Below, piece by piece: positions 10,493 to 19,989 of a stretch of 64,000 nucleotides of DNA (positions within the stretch are counted from its first letter, which is position 1; each line of letters starts with the position of its first letter). The notes beneath the pieces were generated by a model. That model saw only the letters and a list, made by a program, of their open reading frames with translations, searched no databases and was not told the DNA's origin. The translations under genes were made by a program, and so were the position numbers. Source of the DNA: Spirochaetia bacterium. Its GTDB lineage: Bacteria > Spirochaetota > Spirochaetia > DSM-2461. The stretch is taken from the NCBI GenBank assembly GCA_963668315.1, contig OY764216.1:1536001-1600000 (forward strand). The letters run 5' to 3'.

Positions 10493-10530
10493 GGTTCTCT
10501 ATTTTCCCGGCATCAGGGGCATCTGTCAAT

Positions 10531-11043
10531 TCATTTCTGCGTAAACCGGCTGAATCGGTATTCCAGGCTTACTTCCGGAAGAAGAATCGGCACACGCCAG
10601 CCATGGTTCGCCTGGTATTCGTTGTAGTAAAGGACGCCGGCTTTAAGACCCAGAACACCCCTTCTGAAGGCATACCCACCATTCAGGTTTATTCCCGGAC
10701 CGAATCCCGCGAAGGGATGGTCTATTATCGGATCTCTGTCCAGAAGTGTCCCCTCCAGAATATTGACGCATCCTATGTTGAGCCCGAATTCCGTACTCAG
10801 CCTGAATGGACTTTCCCCGTCTATCAGCTTATAGTAACCGGCGAAATCATAGGTGAATACGGTAAAGCCGAAAAAGGGGAAACCCACAGAGCCTTTTATT
10901 CCCCAGCGGTCTCCCAGATCATGCTGCAGCCCCACCTTGAGGGAGAGCATCTGATCCAGTTCCACGTATATGTCATCTGTAAAGGAAGGCGCTGCCAGAA
11001 GAAAGAGCAGCGCTGCCGCAAGAAGGTTTTTCCGGAGATTCAT
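10531..11043 (-). CDS. Hypothetical exported small beta-barrel-like protein
   Basis: Signal peptide, alternating beta strands, ends SLEYRF. GGAGG SD. Confidence 0.6.
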   Translation of the reverse strand: MNLRKNLLAAALLFLLAAPSFTDDIYVELDQMLSLKVGLQHDLGDRWGIKGSVGFPFFGFTVFTYDFAGYYKLIDGESPFRLSTEFGLNIGCVNILEGTLLDRDPIIDHPFAGFGPGINLNGGYAFRRGVLGLKAGVLYYNEYQANHGWRVPILLPEVSLEYRFSRFTQK

Positions 11044-11071
11044 AAATATCCTCCCCGGGATTCGGGTTATC

Positions 11072-11740
11072 CTATTCTACGGGGTACCCTTTTCGCGCCC
11101 AGTCCCCGAACCCGTACCTTAAATTATAAACCCTGGTAAAGCCGGCGTCAATGAGAAGGCGGGAGGCCACGGTGCTGCGGTTTCCCGAAGCACAGTAAAC
11201 CAGAATATCGCTGTCCCTGTAATCGTTCAGCTTGTCAAGGTTTTCCGCCAGGATCTGTACGGGAATCAGCTCGGCGCCGGGAAGATGACCGCCCCGGTAT
11301 TCCCCTTCGGTCCGGACGTCAAGAACATAGGGACCGGTCTGAGACATCAGCTCGGCCGCTTCATCGGCGGTCACTTCCCTGTAGTGAGCCTCGGTCAGTT
11401 CTTTTACGACCAGCGTTCCCCTGAGGTCTCCCAGGGTAAAGGCGAAAGTTCCCGATTCCTTGATCTTCACATAGGGATCTTCCGTTTCCGGGCGGGGCAT
11501 GGACGCGTTTATTCCCAGATCCGGCACGGAGAACACAAGGGGATTCCCCTGAATTTCGAATACAATATAATCTCCCCGGTAGACGGTGTAGTTCAGGGAT
11601 TCAGCCGCGGTATCCACGGGAAGATAGCGTAAGCCTCCCGTCAGGGTACCGGAAATCTCATCTCCCTTTCCGCTGCTCTGGGCGGTACAGGAAAACAGGA
11701 AAAACAGGCTGAGTGACATCAGCAGGACGATTTTTTTCAT
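11072..11740 (-). CDS. Rhodanese-domain lipoprotein
   Basis: Lipobox-like FLFSC. LDVRT..EY..GHLPGA and active-site YCASGNRS. Start at MKKIVLL after GAGG. Confidence 0.85.
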   Translation of the reverse strand: MKKIVLLMSLSLFFLFSCTAQSSGKGDEISGTLTGGLRYLPVDTAAESLNYTVYRGDYIVFEIQGNPLVFSVPDLGINASMPRPETEDPYVKIKESGTFAFTLGDLRGTLVVKELTEAHYREVTADEAAELMSQTGPYVLDVRTEGEYRGGHLPGAELIPVQILAENLDKLNDYRDSDILVYCASGNRSTVASRLLIDAGFTRVYNLRYGFGDWARKGYPVE

Positions 11741-11865
11741 ACTTACCTCACTTATATATAGTGAAAATAATATATCCTGAGGGGAGAATCCAGTTTTTTT
11801 TTGCATTTTTGTTATATAACCTCTATAGTTATTTAACCATGAAATTCTGTGAAGCGAGGAAATAA

Positions 11866-13611
11866 ATGAAACGGATTCTCACCATTGTCTCATTAATAGT
11901 CATACTATTTCTTAACAGCTGCGTCAGCAGCGAAATAAAGGGAGCCCGGGACGGGGACCTGAACGCCGTCAGGGAGTATGTGTCCCAGGGCGGGGATGTG
12001 AATGAAAAGAAAAACGGAGGCATGACCCTGCTTATGTATGCCGCGGCGGGAGGACATATTCAGATTATCGATTACCTGATGGCCCAGGGCGCCGATCTGA
12101 GAATACGGGATAACCGCGGCTATACGGCCTTTCTGCACGGCGCCTCTGCCGGCCGGAATATTTCACTCGATTCCCTTCTGGGATACGGGGCATCCCTGGA
12201 GGACCGGGACAACCAGGGAAGGTCCGCTCTGATGATCACCGTCTCCCGCGATCTGTACGGTACGGCGGAGTATCTCCTCAACAGGGGAATCGATCCACTG
12301 ACAAAGGACAACAGCGGGTGGACTGCCCTTCTTCTGGCTTTGGATAAAAGCGCGGAATACGATGGGGGATTCCATAGGATTTACGATCTCCTCGCCGGCC
12401 GGGGATTAGGCTTTTCCATCACCGATGCTCCGGTGCCGGATATCGCCTTTCATGCGGCCCGTTCGGGCAACAGGGATGTTCTGGAGCTGCTTCTGGGAAA
12501 AGGGCTTGACCGGAATATACGGAACAGCCACGGCGACACCCTTCTCCATGCCGGGGTCCTCCATGAGGATATGGCTGCCTATCTGCTTGGGCTGGGACTG
12601 GATAAAAACGTTTTGAATCGGGAGAATGAGACTCCCCTGATTCTGGCCGTCAAAGGGGACGCCATCGACTCCGTCCGTCTGCTTCTGCGGGAAGACGCCT
12701 GGCTCGAGCAGAGGGACAGAGACGGGAAAACGGCACTACTCTACAGCGCCGATGGAGCCGAGCTGGAGATCCTTCGCATGCTGATCGTGGTGGGCTCCGA
12801 TATTTTTATTACCGACAGGGAGGGAAATACGGCCCTTCACCTGGCCGCGAAAAGCGGTACCCCCGAAGGGGTTCGGCTGCTGCTGACTGCGGGCATTTAC
12901 GTGAACAGTACCAACGGGGACGGGAAAACACCCTATGAGGTGAGCTTTGCCAATGTTACCAGGGGCGAAGAGATCCGCCGGATACTCGTGACGGCCGGCG
13001 CCGTTGTCCCTGAAACGGAGACCGAGAGTGCCGATCCTGCCGCTGCGGATGCGAATCTGGAGTCCATGGGAGAGGTGCTTGAGGCGGAGGAAACCGAAGA
13101 TTTCGGCTTTATCATCGAACAGCCCGCCGAAGATGAGGTCGAGCCGGCAACGGAGAGTGAGGCGGCCGATGAACAGGTAGATACCGAGAATCCCGCCACC
13201 CCGCAGACCCAGGGGGAGGAAGAGCCCCTGCCGGAAGCGATCGCTGCGGATGATCAGGTTCAGGAGATTGAACCGGCTGTTCAGGATCTGCTTCTCTCAT
13301 GGACCCGGATCAATCCCTCCCGGGCCAAAGGCTGGAACAACAGGGATAAACTGACCTCCCGGGGGCGCATCGTCCTCCGTTACGAAGGGGAGGGGAAAAA
13401 GGATGTGATAAGGGAATTCACCCTGCCCATGCAGGGCGTAAACGGCAAGGCGGGTTCTCTGGAGTTTGAAGCCGAATGGAACGGATCGGATCCGGTGACC
13501 CTTATCATGATCCTTGAGACGGAGCAGGGGAAATCCCTTATCAGCGAATATTCCCTGGGCGGAGATGCCGGGGAGGGACCTGTCCTGTTCGGTGACTTCC
13601 GCTACGAGTAA
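11866..13611 (+). CDS. Ankyrin-repeat lipoprotein with acidic linker
   Basis: LNSC lipobox, about 10 G-x-T-(A/P)-L ankyrin repeats, Glu/Ala/Pro-rich linker, then a beta-rich C-terminal domain. Confidence 0.88.
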   Translation: MKRILTIVSLIVILFLNSCVSSEIKGARDGDLNAVREYVSQGGDVNEKKNGGMTLLMYAAAGGHIQIIDYLMAQGADLRIRDNRGYTAFLHGASAGRNISLDSLLGYGASLEDRDNQGRSALMITVSRDLYGTAEYLLNRGIDPLTKDNSGWTALLLALDKSAEYDGGFHRIYDLLAGRGLGFSITDAPVPDIAFHAARSGNRDVLELLLGKGLDRNIRNSHGDTLLHAGVLHEDMAAYLLGLGLDKNVLNRENETPLILAVKGDAIDSVRLLLREDAWLEQRDRDGKTALLYSADGAELEILRMLIVVGSDIFITDREGNTALHLAAKSGTPEGVRLLLTAGIYVNSTNGDGKTPYEVSFANVTRGEEIRRILVTAGAVVPETETESADPAAADANLESMGEVLEAEETEDFGFIIEQPAEDEVEPATESEAADEQVDTENPATPQTQGEEEPLPEAIAADDQVQEIEPAVQDLLLSWTRINPSRAKGWNNRDKLTSRGRIVLRYEGEGKKDVIREFTLPMQGVNGKAGSLEFEAEWNGSDPVTLIMILETEQGKSLISEYSLGGDAGEGPVLFGDFRYE

Positions 13612-13632
13612 TCCCCGAAGGAAAACCGTCCT

Positions 13633-14574
13633 CTATATCCCCAGGAATGCCATGATTCCCATGAGCAGAATCAGGGTCACCGGGGTGTAGAGGATGAGGA
13701 TATTATTATAGAAGCGGCTCTCCTTTTCTTTCTCCTTTCCCAGAAAAACGGGAATAATAAAGGGGGGCGGTATAAGAAAAAAGATGATAAACGCATAGAT
13801 CATCATCCTGTCCAGTTCCATAATATACCGGGAGGTTATCCAGCCCAGGGCCGTTCCGGCCAGAGCCACCGAGATAAGTCTGAGACCGATCAACCTGACT
13901 GCCGCTCCTTTTTCCCTCCTGTCGAAGCGCAGCTGGGAGCCGATGGTGAGAAGAATCAGGGGGGTGACAATCTGGGAAAGCATACGGGCCGATTCCAGAA
14001 TCCCCCGGGTGACGGCCAGAGATGCTGTCTGCCTGTAAATCCCCGACAGGTTAAGAAAAAGGGCGGCGATAATGGCCAGGATGATGGGGGATTTGAGGAA
14101 GGAGGAGAGAATTCTCTTCAGAGAGGTCTTTTCGTGATTCTGTGATTCCAGCAGGGGAGCGTAGACAAACCAGATGAAGAACTCATGTCCCAGTCCCAGA
14201 AGCAGAATGGACGGCAGGTTTTCCGGGCCGAAGAGACTGGTGAACAGGGCCACACCCACCATGCCGAATTCGAAGCCCGTGAAAAAGAAGGGCGACAAGG
14301 GATAGGGGCTCAGCCCTGTCTTCCAGAAAAGATACCCCGCACCGAAGAGGATGAGGCAGACCAGGAATACCAGGGAGAAGAGAAGAAGCGAGGAGAGGTG
14401 AATCTCCATGGTCAGAAAGGAGAGAAACAGAATGGCGGGAAGTCCCCCCGTGACAATCAGGTTTTTCAGAGAACCAACCGCCTGATCGGGGAGAAGACCT
14501 GTCCTGTTGAAGACAAACCCCAGGGCCAGAAGAAAAAATATGGGGAAAAAACGGATAAACAGTTCGGAAGCCAT
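13633..14574 (-). CDS. AEC (auxin efflux carrier)-family transporter
   Basis: About 10 TM helices, LPAILF, SPIILAII and PLILLTIG motifs. Confidence 0.75.
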   Translation of the reverse strand: MASELFIRFFPIFFLLALGFVFNRTGLLPDQAVGSLKNLIVTGGLPAILFLSFLTMEIHLSSLLLFSLVFLVCLILFGAGYLFWKTGLSPYPLSPFFFTGFEFGMVGVALFTSLFGPENLPSILLLGLGHEFFIWFVYAPLLESQNHEKTSLKRILSSFLKSPIILAIIAALFLNLSGIYRQTASLAVTRGILESARMLSQIVTPLILLTIGSQLRFDRREKGAAVRLIGLRLISVALAGTALGWITSRYIMELDRMMIYAFIIFFLIPPPFIIPVFLGKEKEKESRFYNNILILYTPVTLILLMGIMAFLGI

Positions 14575-14653
14575 GATTCAAGTATGAATTCTCAATAAAC
14601 ACTTGTCAATTGAAATATGAATGATAATATGGATAGATAAGAGGAGACATATT

Positions 14654-15685
14654 ATGTATCAAGCGGACAGCGAACGTTACGATAATCTGAATTACAACAG
14701 GTGCGGCAACAGCGGCCTGATGCTTCCCGTTCTTTCCCTGGGACTGTGGCAGAATTTCGGATTTGATACACCCTTTGATAAAATCAGAGAAAAGATCTTT
14801 ACCGCCTTCGACCTGGGGATAACCCATTTCGACCTGGCGAATAACTACGGCCCTCCCTACGGTTCGGCGGAAGAGAATTTCGGCAAAGTGATGGCGAAGG
14901 ATCTTAAGCCCTACCGTGACGAGCTCATCATCTCCACCAAAGCGGGGTATGATATGTGGCCCGGCCCCTACGGCAACTGGGGCTCCCGTAAATACCTGAC
15001 TGCCAGTCTGGACCAGAGCCTCAGGAGGATGGGACTGGACTATGTGGACATTTTTTATTCCCACCGCTATGACCCCAACACCCCCCTGGAGGAGACCATG
15101 GGAGCCCTGGCTTCGGCGGTGAAGCAGGGAAAGGCCCTTTACGCCGGAATCTCCTCCTATTCGGCGGACAAGACCCGCAAGGCCGCCAAGATTCTGGAGG
15201 ATATGGGCGTGCCCCTGCTGATACACCAGCCCTCCTACTCCATGCTCAACCGCTGGGTGGAAGAAGAGCTTTTGGACGTGCTCAAAAAGACCGGAACCGG
15301 CTGTATCGCCTTTTCCCCTCTGGCCCAGGGCATGCTGACCGGCAAGTACCTGAACGGTATACCCGAAGGTTCCCGGGCCAGCCGGGCGGGAAGCCTTAAA
15401 AAGGAATTTCTGAACAAGGAAAATATCGCCCGTCTGAACGGTTTGGATGACATTGCCAAGAAACGGGGACAGTCCCTGGCGCAGATGGCCCTCGTCTGGG
15501 CTGCCCGGAGGCCGGAGGTGACCAGTGTTCTCATCGGTGCCAGCAGCAGCAAGCAGATAAAAGAGAATATCAGCGCTTTCGATAATCCCGACTTTACCAA
15601 AGAGGAACTGGAGGAGATTGATGCTTTCGCCCAGGAGAGCGGTATCAATCTCTGGGCCCGTTCAAGCAGTGACGGTAAAGCCTGA
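14654..15685 (+). CDS. mgrA: L-glyceraldehyde 3-phosphate reductase (YghZ/MgrA-type aldo-keto reductase)
   Basis: LSLGLWQNFG, HFDLANNYGPPYGSAEENFG, WPGPYG, FSPLAQG. Confidence 0.9.
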   Translation: MYQADSERYDNLNYNRCGNSGLMLPVLSLGLWQNFGFDTPFDKIREKIFTAFDLGITHFDLANNYGPPYGSAEENFGKVMAKDLKPYRDELIISTKAGYDMWPGPYGNWGSRKYLTASLDQSLRRMGLDYVDIFYSHRYDPNTPLEETMGALASAVKQGKALYAGISSYSADKTRKAAKILEDMGVPLLIHQPSYSMLNRWVEEELLDVLKKTGTGCIAFSPLAQGMLTGKYLNGIPEGSRASRAGSLKKEFLNKENIARLNGLDDIAKKRGQSLAQMALVWAARRPEVTSVLIGASSSKQIKENISAFDNPDFTKEELEEIDAFAQESGINLWARSSSDGKA

Positions 15686-15808
15686 TCGTAGAGTTCTGAA
15701 AGGCCGGGTTTCTCTTCCCGCCCCTGTTGGGGGAGGCTCCTGGCCGAACTTCCGGAGCAGGGACATTAACAGCTTGTCATAATACCTTAGTCGTGGCATA
15801 GTAGTATT

Positions 15809-16840
15809 ATGGAAAAAACTCTGTTAGGAAGAACGGGACTGGAAGTTTCCCGAACGGCTTTTGGAGTTCTGCCTCTTCAGCGGGTGGATTTTACGACGGC
15901 AAAGAAGATTCTGCTCCGTGCCTATGAAGGGGGAATCAACTTCTTCGATACGGCCCGGGGCTACACCGACAGCGAAGAGAAAATCGCCCATGCTCTGTCT
16001 CCGGTCCGCAAGGACATTATCATTGCCACCAAATGCTCCGGTGCCAAAAACAGGAAGGATGTTCTGTCTCTTCTGGAAGTTAGTCTGAAAAAGCTGAATA
16101 CCGATTATGTGGATCTTTTTCAGCTGCATAATCCCGACCACTTATCCGATCCTGACGATCCCGATTCTCTCTACGCCGGACTTCTTGAGGCCCGGAAGAA
16201 GGGTATGACCCGCTTCATCGGTGTTACCAACCACTCCCGGGAGAGGGCCCAGGCTTATGTGGATTCCGGACTGTACGATACGCTCCAGTTCCCGTTAAGC
16301 GCCATTTCCGATGAGGGGGATTTCGCTCTGGCCCGGTCCTGTGCCGATAAAAATATGGGGTTTATCGCGATGAAAGCCATGTGCGGGGGGCTTCTGAAGA
16401 GCGGCCGACCCGCCTTTGCCGGTCTGCGTCCCCACCGGCATGTGGTTCCCATATGGGGCATTCAGAGGATGGAGGAACTGGAGGAGTTTCTGGCGCTGGA
16501 AGAAAACCCGCCCGTTCTGGATGAGACGCTTAAAAGGGAAATCGCCCGTGACAGGGACGAGCTCTCCGGTGAGTTTTGCCGGGGCTGCGGATACTGTCTG
16601 CCCTGTCCGGCGGAGATTCCCATACCCATGGCCGCAAGGATGGGGCTTATTCTCAAACGGCTGCCGGCGGAACGGTTCGGGGACGGCGAGTGGCAGGAGA
16701 AGATGGCTAAGATTGAGAATTGCATAGACTGCGGCGCCTGTGAGACACGCTGTCCCTACGGGCTCGCCACCAGAACACTTCTCAGGGATAACCTGAGGGA
16801 GTATAAGCTATGGCTTCCTGTCCGTTCTGCATCGATATGA
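15809..16840 (+). CDS. Aldo/keto reductase with C-terminal 4Fe-4S dicluster
   Basis: FDTARGY AKR motif, CRGCGYCLPCP and CIDCGACETRCP. Confidence 0.9.
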   Translation: MEKTLLGRTGLEVSRTAFGVLPLQRVDFTTAKKILLRAYEGGINFFDTARGYTDSEEKIAHALSPVRKDIIIATKCSGAKNRKDVLSLLEVSLKKLNTDYVDLFQLHNPDHLSDPDDPDSLYAGLLEARKKGMTRFIGVTNHSRERAQAYVDSGLYDTLQFPLSAISDEGDFALARSCADKNMGFIAMKAMCGGLLKSGRPAFAGLRPHRHVVPIWGIQRMEELEEFLALEENPPVLDETLKREIARDRDELSGEFCRGCGYCLPCPAEIPIPMAARMGLILKRLPAERFGDGEWQEKMAKIENCIDCGACETRCPYGLATRTLLRDNLREYKLWLPVRSASI

Positions 16841-16989
16841 ATTCCTTTGAGTACGGGAAACTCGGGATTGACGACCGGGAAATTGAAGCCCTGCAGGAAG
16901 AGATTCTCGCGGCAGGCTTTTCCGGGACCTGTACCGTCCTCAAGCTTGAGAATTACCAGACCCTCCATAATCAGGATAAGCCCCTTTGA
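16810..16989 (+). pseudogene. Fragment of a CMD/AhpD-like (CxxC) gene
   Basis: Hand translation MASCPFCIDMNSFEYGKLGIDDREIEALQEEILAAGFSGTCTVLKLENYQTLH..., 59 aa, overlapping the AKR 3' end. In-frame stop just upstream of the ATG. Confidence 0.5.
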
Positions 16990-17026
16990 AGGAGACGACT
17001 GTATCCGTCGGACCGGTGCCTTCTCG

Positions 17027-18154
17027 TTAACGGGTTTTCTTGTTTCTGAACATCATTTCGTCGGCCCTTTGAAAGAGCTCATCGTAATCCCTGTGAATGT
17101 CCGGATTAAAAATCTCATATCCCGCACTGAGCGAAAGGGTGAAGGGATTATTACTTGTCCTGTTCCAATCCTCAATATTTCGGTTTATACGGTCCAGGAC
17201 TTTTTTGACAATCTGCGTTTCTTCCGTCTCAAGGATAATCACGAATTCATCGCCTCCGTACCGGGCTAACGTATCTGAAGCCGAGAGGGAGTGGTCCAGA
17301 ATTGTCCCTGCGGTCTGGAGTATTTCATCCCCCTTGTCATGGCCGTAGGTATCATTGATGTTCTTGAATTTGTTCAGATCGATAACAACCAGGGCAAAGG
17401 GGCCTTTTCTGGTATATTGCTCCATTCGGCTGTATATCCTGGTCTCAAAGCTTTGTCTGTTCCAAAGGCCCGTCAGATAGTCCCGATCGCTTCGTCTGCT
17501 CTCCAGAAATAGATAGATGATGAGAAGGGCAATGGAAAAGGAGGGCCAGGCGGTGATGATGCCGTAAAAGAGAAGCTGAAGAAGAGAACCGATGCAGGGG
17601 ATCAGCGTATAGATCAGGACGGTCAGGAGGGTCTGCTTTTTAATTGTATCCCGATAATAGATGACGAGACCCAGTGCGGGGAGGATAAAGGAGTAGTTGA
17701 TAATGGCAAATATGAACATTCCCGGTCCCCGGTGGTAAACATTCGCCCCGTCTATGTAAAACACATAATCGGTGAAAAGTGAATATACCATAAGAACGCA
17801 TCCGGCGAAAAAGGGCAGCAGAAAAAGAAGGTGACTCGGGAGGGAGAAGCGCTTTTCCCTGAAAAGGGAAAACAGGTACAACAGGCCCAGGCTGACGGGA
17901 AGACTCTGGATACTGAGGTAGGCAAAGTTTACTGCGAATTTGATTTTATGAAGTGTATTCCCTCCGATGGGGAGATCACTACGCGAGAGAATATCGAGTA
18001 AAGAGATGATCAGGATAGTGAATGCCAGCCACGTTCTGTATCGGGCCGAGAGGGAAAGATCTCCGTTGTACCTATAGGTATGTATGATTATAATCAGAAG
18101 CAGAAGAATCGAAAATATATGAATATCGATGTAGTTATAATAATTGATGGCCAT
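17027..18154 (-). CDS. Membrane diguanylate cyclase
   Basis: About 7 TM helices, then DYLTGLWNR, FKNINDTYGHDKGD and intact RYGGDEF. Confidence 0.92.
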   Translation of the reverse strand: MAINYYNYIDIHIFSILLLLIIIIHTYRYNGDLSLSARYRTWLAFTILIISLLDILSRSDLPIGGNTLHKIKFAVNFAYLSIQSLPVSLGLLYLFSLFREKRFSLPSHLLFLLPFFAGCVLMVYSLFTDYVFYIDGANVYHRGPGMFIFAIINYSFILPALGLVIYYRDTIKKQTLLTVLIYTLIPCIGSLLQLLFYGIITAWPSFSIALLIIYLFLESRRSDRDYLTGLWNRQSFETRIYSRMEQYTRKGPFALVVIDLNKFKNINDTYGHDKGDEILQTAGTILDHSLSASDTLARYGGDEFVIILETEETQIVKKVLDRINRNIEDWNRTSNNPFTLSLSAGYEIFNPDIHRDYDELFQRADEMMFRNKKTR

Positions 18155-18350
18155 GATTTAATTTTTAACTTTTTACTTAAATAGTAGAAGGTAAATCGCA
18201 GAATAACAATCTCTTTTGGATTATTTGTATAAAAAATCCCGCTGAAGATGATTCAACGGGGAATCCGTCTTCCCCGGCTGTCCCCGAGAAAATTTTCCCT
18301 TTCCCTCCCGATGTAGTATAATCTATAGAAACAGACCCGAGGGAGGAACA

Positions 18351-19376
18351 ATGGAACGATCGACCGTGTCTCATATTAAAGCGCTTGGATTCACGTGGCA
18401 GACAAGGGATCCTTTTCTCTTCTGCGTTCACCATAAGGACGGCTATCCGGCGGGTAACGAGGAACTGGGACCGGACGCTTCGCTGGACGGACGGGATCTG
18501 GGGCAGGACTTCACCTTAAAGGACGGGTGGCGCATGTACCACGGAGAGAGAATTCCCGGGTTTCCCTCCCATCCCCACAGGGGCTTTGAGACGGTCACAG
18601 CCGTTCTCAAAGGATTTGTCGATCATTCCGACTCCCATGGATCGGCCGGCCGCTACGGAAACGGTGACGTCCAGTGGATGACGGCCGGCTCGGGGCTTCA
18701 GCATTCCGAGATGTTTCCCCTGCTTGACCGCCATAAGCCCAACCCCCTGGAACTCTTTCAGATCTGGCTGAATCTGCCCGGAAGCAGGAAGTTCGCCGAT
18801 CCCTATTACACCATGCTCTGGGCCGAAGATATTCCCCTGTTCCGGGAAGAGGATGAAAGGGGCCGGAAAACGGAAGTGACTCTCATTGCCGGAAGGCTGG
18901 GGAATGTGAAAGCCCCTGATCCGGCTCCCGATTCCTGGGCCTTTGGAACCCCAAATGAAGTAGCCATCTGGATTATAAAAATGGCCCCCCGCGCCGGATG
19001 GACCCTTCCGGCAGCCTCGCCGGAGATTAATCGTTCTCTCTATTTTTATGAGGGTGAGTCCCTTGACGTCGACGGTGTCGCTATTCCTTTCTACCATTCG
19101 GCAGACCTTTCTCCGGAGAAACCTCTGAGGATTAAAAACGGAGACGAAGAGGCCTCCCTGCTTCTGCTTCAGGGAAGGCCCATCGGCGAGCCGGTCATTC
19201 AGCACGGTCCCTTCGTTATGAACACGGCGGAAGAGATCCGCGATGCCTATAACGATTTTCAGCGGACCCGGTTCGGCGGATGGCCCTGGTCAAGGGAAGA
19301 TAATGTCCATGGCAGGGAGAAAGGGCGGTTCGCCCGTTACGCCGACGGGCGGACTGAGGAGAAACGGGGAGACTGA
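18351..19376 (+). CDS. Pirin-family protein
   Basis: HPHRGFETVT, QWMTAGSGLQHSE, QIWLNLP, GPFVMNT. Confidence 0.92.
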   Translation: MERSTVSHIKALGFTWQTRDPFLFCVHHKDGYPAGNEELGPDASLDGRDLGQDFTLKDGWRMYHGERIPGFPSHPHRGFETVTAVLKGFVDHSDSHGSAGRYGNGDVQWMTAGSGLQHSEMFPLLDRHKPNPLELFQIWLNLPGSRKFADPYYTMLWAEDIPLFREEDERGRKTEVTLIAGRLGNVKAPDPAPDSWAFGTPNEVAIWIIKMAPRAGWTLPAASPEINRSLYFYEGESLDVDGVAIPFYHSADLSPEKPLRIKNGDEEASLLLLQGRPIGEPVIQHGPFVMNTAEEIRDAYNDFQRTRFGGWPWSREDNVHGREKGRFARYADGRTEEKRGD

Positions 19377-19380
19377 TACC

Positions 19381-19989
19381 TTAGCGCACCCGGTTCCCGA
19401 ATCGTTTCAACACTCCTTCAAGGGCTTCATCGGTGTCCGCGTCAAAGAGAATCCCTTCGTCGGCGACCTCTGTAAAGGCATGGGTGATCCCTTCCCCGCG
19501 GAGGAGCCCGCCCAGTCCTTTTTCTCCGGAATAATCTAGAATCCTTCGGTACAAGGTGGCCCGGATGAGGGGAGGATGGCCCTTCCTGCCGCCGCAGACC
19601 GGATGAATCACATCGGACTCGCTGTCCCTGAAGGCTTCCCTGAGCAGACGTATCGTATCGGGCAGGACAAAGGGGTAATCCACGGGGAGCATGAAAAAAC
19701 CGGGTGAATCGCCGGGCAAGCTCTCTACGCCGGTTGTCACCGAGGTGTACATCCCTTCGGCATAGGCGCTGTTGAAAAGAGGAATGACATTCTGCTGCCT
19801 AAGCCTCTCCGTAAGAAGTTCCGCCTTGTGTCCGGTTACGGCGAAAATCCGCGTCACCCCTCCTTCCTTCAGGAGCCTGACGACCCGGTCGATCAGGATC
19901 TCCGTACCAACGGGACAGAGCGGTTTGAAACGGGACATCCGGCTGGAATAACCGGCTGTCAATATGATTCCGTCGGGATTATTATTCAC
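19381..19989 (-). CDS. Molybdenum cofactor cytidylyltransferase-like nucleotidyltransferase (MocA family)
   Basis: ILTAGYSSRM, GMYTSV, PVDYP, GHPPL, DADT. Coupled to xdhC. Confidence 0.85.
   Translation of the reverse strand: MNNNPDGIILTAGYSSRMSRFKPLCPVGTEILIDRVVRLLKEGGVTRIFAVTGHKAELLTERLRQQNVIPLFNSAYAEGMYTSVTTGVESLPGDSPGFFMLPVDYPFVLPDTIRLLREAFRDSESDVIHPVCGGRKGHPPLIRATLYRRILDYSGEKGLGGLLRGEGITHAFTEVADEGILFDADTDEALEGVLKRFGNRVR

Noticed and set aside
11749..11765. NrdR-box-like palindrome TCACTTATATATAGTGA
   Set aside because: One base too long for the 16-bp consensus and not near nucleotide-reduction genes.
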